Assembly (NCBI GenBank): GCA_965116475.1
Contig: OZ220691.1
Coordinates: forward strand, 160,001 to 224,000
Direction of reading: 5' to 3'
Source of the DNA: Gemmatimonadota bacterium
Lineage (GTDB): Bacteria; Gemmatimonadota; Gemmatimonadetes; Palauibacterales; Palauibacteraceae
Length of the DNA: 64,000 bases
In this document: positions 47,382 to 54,181 of the stretch, piece by piece
Layout: every line of letters starts with the position of its first letter
Numbering within the stretch: position 1 is the stretch's first letter
The notes under the pieces: generated by a model
Seen by the model: only the letters and a program-made list of their open reading frames with translations
Database searches by the model: none
What the model was told of the DNA's origin: nothing
Position numbers and translations under genes: made by a program

Positions 47382-48818
47382 TCACCGAATCCCCACCATC
47401 CCCTTCACGGAGTCAATGAGCTTCTCCGAGTCGTAACCCACGCCGTCCTTGAACACGACCGTCACGTTCCTGATGATCGCGGAGTCCGACTCGAGATCAC
47501 CGTCGAGCACAACGAGATCCGCGAGCTTGCCGGCCTCGATCGTTCCAAGCTCGTCGTCCACGCCCATGATGCGGGCGCCGTTGGCGCTCACGATCCGAAC
47601 GACGGTCGAGGCGTCGAAGCCCGCTTCGATGAGAAGCTCGTAGTTGCGCTGGTCTCCGAAGCCCGCGATCGCGCCCCCGATGCCCGTCGGGTCCACGCCC
47701 GCCGCGAGCACCCCCCCGGCCTCGACGAAGCCGCGCTCGAACGCCATGTGCTTCTGGAGGTGCGCCTCCGTCATCGGCCAATCCGGGTTCGCCTCGATCG
47801 CGTCCACGGTCTCGAGGTAATCCTCCCGCACCTCGGGTGCCATCGCCTCGAGCGTGCGCTCGTCGAGGACGGCGCGCCCCTTCGTCATGGGCTCGATCAC
47901 GGCCATCGTCGAGGTCATCCCCACATCGTTCTCGACCATGGAGAGGATGAGCGCCCGGGCGATCTCCCCGGTCGGATCCCCCTCTTCCCCGACCGTGACC
48001 ATCGAGTTGGGCGGACATTCGTCCGGCCGCTTGCGCGGGTCGAAGTCGGTCGCCGTCCCGAAGCCGTGCTCGATGTTGTCCATCCCCATGTCCACGGCTT
48101 CCTGGAAGGTGATCGAGCAGATGTGCCCCGTGACCCGGAGGCCCTGCGCGTGCGCTTCCTCGATGACGGCGGCGAGTTCCGCGCGGCGGATCGTCGTGTA
48201 CGCCTTGATCCAGGAGGCGCCCTCGCCGGCCCAGTAGCGGACGAAGCGGCGCGCTTCCTCGGGCGAGTCCACCTGCGCCATGTCCCCGAGGGCCGGGTTG
48301 GGCCCCGTGACGTACGGCGCGGTGACGTGCATGCGGGGTCCCGGCGCCAGCCCGCGCTCGATGTTCGACTTGACGTTCAGGTCCGCGTAGGGCGAGACGC
48401 TGCCCGTCGTGCGGATCGTCGTGACGCCCGCCGCCAGGTAGAGGCGCGGGGAGGAGATGTTGCCCTGGGCCATCCGGCCCCCGGCCCCCATGAAGAACAT
48501 GTGGTTGTGGAGCCCGATCATTCCCGGGATCACGGTGTGTCCCGGCAGTTCATGGACCTCGGCCCCCGGCGGAATCTCCACCGCGCCGGCCGGACCCACG
48601 GCGGCGATCCGGTTTCCCTCGATCACGACGGTCTGGTTCGTCCGGGCACCCGACCCGGTCCCGTCGATGACCTTGACGCCGGTGAGGGCGACCGTCGGGC
48701 CGGCGACGGACACGAACTCGGAGGTCTGGGGGTCGAGTTCGGCCGCGGACTGCGCGGACAGGTGAGCCGGGGCGACAAAGGCCACGAGCGCGACCGGAGC
48801 CGCGATGAACTTTCTCAT
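47382..48818 (-). CDS. Secreted amidohydrolase family protein (paralog 1)
   Basis: Signal peptide, PGMIGLHNH, GVTTIRT, GHIC, EHG, GKLADL; colinear with its neighbour. Confidence 0.88.
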   Translation of the reverse strand: MRKFIAAPVALVAFVAPAHLSAQSAAELDPQTSEFVSVAGPTVALTGVKVIDGTGSGARTNQTVVIEGNRIAAVGPAGAVEIPPGAEVHELPGHTVIPGMIGLHNHMFFMGAGGRMAQGNISSPRLYLAAGVTTIRTTGSVSPYADLNVKSNIERGLAPGPRMHVTAPYVTGPNPALGDMAQVDSPEEARRFVRYWAGEGASWIKAYTTIRRAELAAVIEEAHAQGLRVTGHICSITFQEAVDMGMDNIEHGFGTATDFDPRKRPDECPPNSMVTVGEEGDPTGEIARALILSMVENDVGMTSTMAVIEPMTKGRAVLDERTLEAMAPEVREDYLETVDAIEANPDWPMTEAHLQKHMAFERGFVEAGGVLAAGVDPTGIGGAIAGFGDQRNYELLIEAGFDASTVVRIVSANGARIMGVDDELGTIEAGKLADLVVLDGDLESDSAIIRNVTVVFKDGVGYDSEKLIDSVKGMVGIR

Positions 48819-48867
48819 GGGAAACTCCTGTGGGTTGGGCCTCTCGGGGCCCCAAAAACGTACCGCG

Positions 48868-51123
48868 TCACGGCTCCACCGTGAACACCATCTTCATGCC
48901 CGCCTCCAGGTGCTCGGCGATGTGGCAGTGCAGCATCCAGCCCCCGGGGTTCGAGAGTTCGAGCAGGAGGTCGAGCGTACCGCCCACGGGGACCACGGCC
49001 GTGTCCTTCCAGGCGAGGTTGTCGTGCGCCACGCCGTTCGTAGCGAGGACGAGGAAGCGCTGGCCGTGAATGTGGATCGGGTGTTGCATCTGGTGAAGCG
49101 TCTCGCGGCGGCTGCGTAGCCTCAGCTTGACCACGTCGCCCACGCGGAAGGTCCACCGGATCGCCTCGTTCTCCAGCCCCGTGGAGGGTTCGCGCAGCGT
49201 CCACGACACGTTTTCGGGCGTCGAGATCAGGTTCATCATCGGCATCGTTCCCGACCATTCGATCGGGTGGAAGTACGCCGAGTCCACCTGCATGAGACGC
49301 TCGACGACGAGCGGAAGGCCGCGCGTCGTCATGTCGAGTTCCAGCGTGAGGTCAACCGGCCGGTCGAAGTGGGGGCGGTAGGGTGCGATCTCGTCGCGTG
49401 CGCGTCCGTTCTCCCGCAGCGCCTCGAAGCTCGCGTTCAGGTCCGGTGTGGCATCCGCCGCGCCGACGCGAACGACGCCCAGCGTGTCCTGCTCGGGGAA
49501 GAAGCTGCCGCCGATGTGGTCGATCCCCTGGACCCGGTTCAGGAGGGCGTAGCTGCCACTTTCAGGGAAGGCGACGTGTACGATGTAGCGCTCCGCCGGC
49601 GCGATGATCACGCTCTCGACCCACGCCTCCCACTCGAAGTTGCCCACGTCGGCGCCCACGAGCTTCATGGGCGCCCCGCCGAAGGAGAGGTTGAACGTCC
49701 GCGTGTTGGAGGCGTTGGTGAAAAAGAAGCGGACGACGGACCCGCGCTCCACGTCCAGCGCATATTCGGGTTCCCCGTTCACGAGCATGGTGTTGCCGAA
49801 GCGGCCCATGAGCGCGTGCGTGGCGCGCTCGAGACCGAAGGGGACAATCCCGTGCTCGCCCACGAGCAGGTCGTCGAGCATCACGACTTCTTCCCGGTGG
49901 ACGGGGCTGAAGTAGTCGGGATCGTCCGACCGGACCATGAGGTTGCCGGCCAGCCCGAGGTCCTGCTGGACGTCCTCGCGGTGGTGGGGATGGTACCAGT
50001 AGAGGCCGGGGTCGGGGAAATGCACGGTGTAGCGGAAGCTCTCGCCAGGGGCCACGACATCCTGCGTCAGGCCCGGGACACCGTCGAAGCGGTTATCGAG
50101 CCGCAGTCCGTGCCAGTGGATCGCGGTCGGCCAGTCGATGCGGTTCGTGAAATCGATCGTGACCGTCGCGTCCTCGGGGACCCAGAGGAGGGGCCCGGGA
50201 ATCTGTCCGTTGAAGCCGTAGCCGAGGAGTTCGCGGCTCCCGATGCGGCGGCGCACGTAGACGGCATCGAGGGAGAGCGAGTCGCCGTCGGCGAGTTCGA
50301 TCAGCTCGCGGGGACGGGCGTCGACGATCTCGCCTTCCCAGCCATCACCCGGCAACCAGGGTTGCACGTCCGGCCGAAGCTCCATGAGCGACGGGAGCAT
50401 CATGACCCCTTCGGGCATCGGCACGCCGCCCCACGCGTCGTCCATCGCCATGTCCATCGCCATCTCGCCGGGTGGGGTCCGCGAGGCGCCGAGCGCGAAC
50501 TCGAGGAAATCGGCGGGCTGCATGCGGCTGGAGGGCGATTGGGCTCGCAGCACGTAGGGACCCGCCGGCTCCGCGCCCTCTCCCTCGGCCGCTCCGGGTT
50601 CCGCGCCCGCCTCCCGGGCCGCGCCGGATTCCGCCGTCACCAGGATGAGGAACTTGTTGAACCCGACCTGCCCCACCTCGATCCGTCCGCGCGCCGGCAC
50701 CTCTCCGAGCCGCTCGATGGGCCAGAGTACCTGCGTCGACGCCCAGGCGACGTAACGGTCGTACGGACCGAGCGTGGAGGGGGGCGGAAGGTCGGTCGAG
50801 ATCACCGCGTCGTACAGGAGCCGCCCGTCCGGCGCCACCCCCAGCGAGAACGGCCCCGGGGGCCGGCGCAACTCGACCGTGCCGGTCGCGTCCGGGACGC
50901 GGGGCGTCGGAAACAGGGCCATGCAGTACAGATCGGGGCTCGCCGCGCCCCCCTGCTCCGCGCCGGGCGTGCAGGGAGGGGCCTCCTGCGGCGGCGGCAG
51001 CGCCGGGGGCGCCGCGCCCACCCACAGCCAGAGCCCCCCGCACAGCGCCCCGGCGGCGCCGAGCGCGGCGGCAGCGGCCGGGATGGCGCGGCGCTCCGCC
51101 GACCGCCGGGCCCCGGGAGTCAA
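48868..51123 (-). CDS. Three-domain multicopper oxidase with N-terminal extension
   Basis: HWHG, WYHPH, HPIHIHG, HCHIAEHLEAGM (complete T1/T2/T3 ligand set). TTG start overlaps the SDR stop. Confidence 0.92.
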   Translation of the reverse strand: MTPGARRSAERRAIPAAAAALGAAGALCGGLWLWVGAAPPALPPPQEAPPCTPGAEQGGAASPDLYCMALFPTPRVPDATGTVELRRPPGPFSLGVAPDGRLLYDAVISTDLPPPSTLGPYDRYVAWASTQVLWPIERLGEVPARGRIEVGQVGFNKFLILVTAESGAAREAGAEPGAAEGEGAEPAGPYVLRAQSPSSRMQPADFLEFALGASRTPPGEMAMDMAMDDAWGGVPMPEGVMMLPSLMELRPDVQPWLPGDGWEGEIVDARPRELIELADGDSLSLDAVYVRRRIGSRELLGYGFNGQIPGPLLWVPEDATVTIDFTNRIDWPTAIHWHGLRLDNRFDGVPGLTQDVVAPGESFRYTVHFPDPGLYWYHPHHREDVQQDLGLAGNLMVRSDDPDYFSPVHREEVVMLDDLLVGEHGIVPFGLERATHALMGRFGNTMLVNGEPEYALDVERGSVVRFFFTNASNTRTFNLSFGGAPMKLVGADVGNFEWEAWVESVIIAPAERYIVHVAFPESGSYALLNRVQGIDHIGGSFFPEQDTLGVVRVGAADATPDLNASFEALRENGRARDEIAPYRPHFDRPVDLTLELDMTTRGLPLVVERLMQVDSAYFHPIEWSGTMPMMNLISTPENVSWTLREPSTGLENEAIRWTFRVGDVVKLRLRSRRETLHQMQHPIHIHGQRFLVLATNGVAHDNLAWKDTAVVPVGGTLDLLLELSNPGGWMLHCHIAEHLEAGMKMVFTVEP

Positions 51124-51911
51124 AGGAGCGCTCGTGTGCGCCCCCCGTCGACGGCGATGGAAACGCCCGTCACGTAGCTGGCGCGCTCGGAGGCAAGGAA
51201 GGCCACGACCGCGGCGAACTCGCGCGGGTCGCCGAGACGTCCGGCGGGGATCGCGGCGTGCCACCCGGCTTCCACTTTCTCCGTCGAGATCCCGCCGGCT
51301 TCGGCGCGCACGGCGGCCAGTTCCTCCAGCCTCGCGGTGCGCGTGAAGCCCGGGAGCACGTTGTTCACCGTCACGCCGTACGCCGCGACCTCGTTCGAAA
51401 GAGATTTTGCGAAACCGGTCACGGCGGCGCGCACGCTGTTGGAGAGGATCAGGTCGGCCTCCGGTTCCTTCGCGGCGACGGACGTGATGTTCAGGATCCG
51501 CCCCCAGCCCCGCTCCTTCATGCCGGGCAGGACGGCGCGGCTGAGATCGAGCGCGCTCTCCAGGTTGAGGCGCACGGCCGCCTTCCACGCCGCGCGGTCG
51601 TGGTCCTCGAACTTTCCCGCCGGCGGCCCGCCCGCGTTGTTCACGAGGATGTCCACGCGTCCGAAGCGGGCCATCGCCGCGTCGGCGAGGCCGGCCACCG
51701 CCGCGGGATCCGACAGATCGACCGGGATCCCGATGACGTCGCCCGGCCCGCGTGCGTCCGCGGAGGCCACGGCTTCCGCGAGCGCCGCCTCCCCCCGCGC
51801 GCACATCAGCAGGTGCGCGCCTTCCGCCGCCAGTTCCTCCGCCACGGCCCGGCCGAGGCCCTTCGACGAGGCGGCCACGAGGGCGACGCGGCCCGCGATC
51901 CCCAGGTCCAT
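51120..51911 (-). CDS. Short-chain dehydrogenase/reductase (atypical BKR-like)
   Basis: AASSKGLG, DILVNNAGGP, SNSVR in place of YxxxK, YVTG...VDGG. Confidence 0.92.
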   Translation of the reverse strand: MDLGIAGRVALVAASSKGLGRAVAEELAAEGAHLLMCARGEAALAEAVASADARGPGDVIGIPVDLSDPAAVAGLADAAMARFGRVDILVNNAGGPPAGKFEDHDRAAWKAAVRLNLESALDLSRAVLPGMKERGWGRILNITSVAAKEPEADLILSNSVRAAVTGFAKSLSNEVAAYGVTVNNVLPGFTRTARLEELAAVRAEAGGISTEKVEAGWHAAIPAGRLGDPREFAAVVAFLASERASYVTGVSIAVDGGRTRALL

Positions 51912-52294
51912 CAGTCGTCCGTATCGTGGAAGTAGGAGTCCGTCCCGTCGAGCCAGTCCGTTCGGGGAGGACAGAAAATGTCGAGGTCCAGCGTCCTTTC
52001 GAGCGCGATGGCCTTGTGCGGGACGTGAGAGGGAATGTGGAGAATCTCGCCCGCTCGCACGACGACCTCCTCCTCCTCCCCTTTGTCGCCCAGCCAGAAG
52101 TGCAGCGCGCCCTCGAGGATATAGGTGAACTGCTCGTTCTCGTGCGAGTGCGTGGGGACGACCGCGCCCTTCTCGATCAGCACCTGCGCGATCATGGCCC
52201 GGTCTCCCGTGACCATGCGGCGGCCCAACTGCCCGGTCACGCGCTCCCACGGCAACTCCTCCCAGCGGAAGTGCCGGGGCTTCGCTTCGCTCAT
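51911..52294 (-). CDS. Cupin domain protein (KdgF-like)
   Basis: HSHENEQ...IPSHVPH, DIFCPPRTDW; TGATG overlap with the SDR. Confidence 0.88.
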   Translation of the reverse strand: MSEAKPRHFRWEELPWERVTGQLGRRMVTGDRAMIAQVLIEKGAVVPTHSHENEQFTYILEGALHFWLGDKGEEEEVVVRAGEILHIPSHVPHKAIALERTLDLDIFCPPRTDWLDGTDSYFHDTDD

Positions 52295-52367
52295 GACGTT
52301 TCCTCCTTGCGGGGTAGCTCCCGGACACTGCGACCGGGGCCTGCTCGGGGGACGGACGATGTGCCGC

Positions 52368-53279
52368 CTATGGGTCGCGGGCAAGCGTCCACGCGACGCC
52401 CGCGCGGAGGTTCCAGTCGCCGCTCAGCGCCGTGGTTCCGTGACCGAGCCCGGCGTCGACGGCGAGCGGCCCGCGCCGCCATTCCACGGCCGCGCGGAGT
52501 TCTCCGAGGTCGCCGGTGCCGAGCGGGGACACCCTCCTCGTGCTGGCCCGGCCCCGCGTGCCGACCGACAGCCGCCAGTTTGGAGCCGCGTCCCACAGCG
52601 CTTCGAACGCGTAAGCGAACGCATCGTTCTGCTCGAAGGGCTCGATGGGCACCTCCAGGATGCCGACGCCGAACCAGCCGGTTGCGCGCCAGCGAGCGGA
52701 AACCCAGGAAAACAGGGCCGCGATCGTGACGTCGGTCGTGTTCGTGCCGATTCCCCTCGTTTCGTCGGAGTTCGGCAACTTGACTCCCACGTGCCCACCG
52801 GCCGAGAACCCCGCGGGTCCACCGAGAGGGGCGAGCGAAACGGCGAGTTCGAAGTCGCCCACATCGCGTGTGGTGCCATCTCGAACTGATGGGTCAAGCT
52901 CGATGGCGGGAGCCGGAGCTCGCGCCTCGATCGAGAGCACCTTCCGAGCCGCCCCCTTCAGTTCCAGCACGGCGTGCGGCCCGATCGCCCAGACGGCGTG
53001 AAGCACCGGGAAGGCGTTCAGGTCTCCTTGGAGTCCCGCCAGCGGAAAGGCAGCGTTCGTCGTGCGCGTGAAGCCGACGCCGATCAAGGCTTCGCCGTCC
53101 CCAAGGCCCACGGGCTGCACGAGAGCGTCGCGCTTCAGTTGCGCCGCCGCCGGGCCGCCGATGACGGCGGCGAGCGCCGCGGCAAGAAACGACGAGAGCC
53201 CGACGCGTGTCCGCCGGACTCTCGGGAACTGCGGCGAAGCGGACCGCCGGCGGGAAGCCGGCCGGCCAGCGCAACTCAG
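52368..53279 (-). CDS. Hypothetical exported protein, probable outer-membrane beta-barrel (probable CTG start)
   Basis: In-frame signal peptide (RVGLSSFLAAALAAVIGGPAAA-Q) lies upstream of the first GTG; amphipathic beta strands, GDFEL, VKLP, terminal LRAGVAW. Confidence 0.65.
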   Translation of the reverse strand: MSCAGRPASRRRSASPQFPRVRRTRVGLSSFLAAALAAVIGGPAAAQLKRDALVQPVGLGDGEALIGVGFTRTTNAAFPLAGLQGDLNAFPVLHAVWAIGPHAVLELKGAARKVLSIEARAPAPAIELDPSVRDGTTRDVGDFELAVSLAPLGGPAGFSAGGHVGVKLPNSDETRGIGTNTTDVTIAALFSWVSARWRATGWFGVGILEVPIEPFEQNDAFAYAFEALWDAAPNWRLSVGTRGRASTRRVSPLGTGDLGELRAAVEWRRGPLAVDAGLGHGTTALSGDWNLRAGVAWTLARDP

Positions 53280-53935
53280 CTTCGGGCCGCCTGCATGACG
53301 TCGTCCACATAGCCATCCAGCCGCGCCATGACCTCGATCGTATCGGCCTGCGTCTGGGCGTTGGCCACTTCTCGCACGAGGCTGAGGAGCAGTCCGCGGA
53401 CCGCGGCCGCGTCCCCGTCTCCCACTGACGGCGCCGCCGGGGGCGGGGCCGGAGCGGCAGGGGCCGGCGCTGCGGCCGGCGCGGGCTCGGCCACCACCCG
53501 CGCGACCGCTTTCGGAGCCTCCGCGGCGGCCAGGCGGCGCTTCACCTGCAGCGGGTACTTCGCATGGAACTGCCGGGGCGACAACTCGGCGACCGAAGCA
53601 TCGATCTCACGGGCGCCAGCAAACAACTCCGCGTTCTTTACGTCGGGATTCCTCTTGAGCACGCGCGACACGTACGCCAGGACCGCGTCCCCCGCATCCC
53701 CCTTCGGGGCGGGCTGCCGCCGCGGCGCTTTCGCCTTCGCCCGAACCGCGCCTCCCGAGCCGGCACCGGCCAGACGGCGCTTGACCTGCAACGGATACTT
53801 CGCGTGGAACTGCCTCGGGTTCAGCTTCCCGATGGTCTTGTCTATGAGTTTCGCCCCCTCGAAAAGGGTCGCGTTCGAGACACCGGGATCGTTTTTCAAC
53901 TCCAGCTCTATGAACTCCATCACGTGCTCGTTCAT
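53276..53935 (-). CDS. Hypothetical basic protein with an internally duplicated ~55-aa domain
   Basis: PRQFHAKYPLQVKRRLA present twice; Ala/Lys/Pro linkers; helical C-terminal domain; GAGG upstream. Confidence 0.88.
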   Translation of the reverse strand: MNEHVMEFIELELKNDPGVSNATLFEGAKLIDKTIGKLNPRQFHAKYPLQVKRRLAGAGSGGAVRAKAKAPRRQPAPKGDAGDAVLAYVSRVLKRNPDVKNAELFAGAREIDASVAELSPRQFHAKYPLQVKRRLAAAEAPKAVARVVAEPAPAAAPAPAAPAPPPAAPSVGDGDAAAVRGLLLSLVREVANAQTQADTIEVMARLDGYVDDVMQAARS

Positions 53936-54024
53936 TATGCCTCACGCCTCCTCGTACGGACCTGTGCACCGGACGATAGATGCCGGCGCACGTTCACGGT
54001 CATGTTTACGGTGTGGAATGATCC

Positions 54025-54053
54025 ATAATCTCCCGCGGTGCATTGCAAGTCAA
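54025..54053 (-). promoter_or_regulatory. Putative sigma70-type promoter for the duplicated-domain gene
   Basis: Minus strand TTGACT-N17-GATTAT in an AT-enriched intergenic region. Confidence 0.4.
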
Positions 54054-54181
54054 CTGTAAGGCAGATGATAGACGTACGGACCCCGCCAGGAGCGGCGAGG
54101 GCAAGCGCATCCGCGCGACACGGGCACGTGCCGCCGGCGCCTCGCTTTCTGCGGCTACCGCGCAGGCATAGCTTCCCGCCC

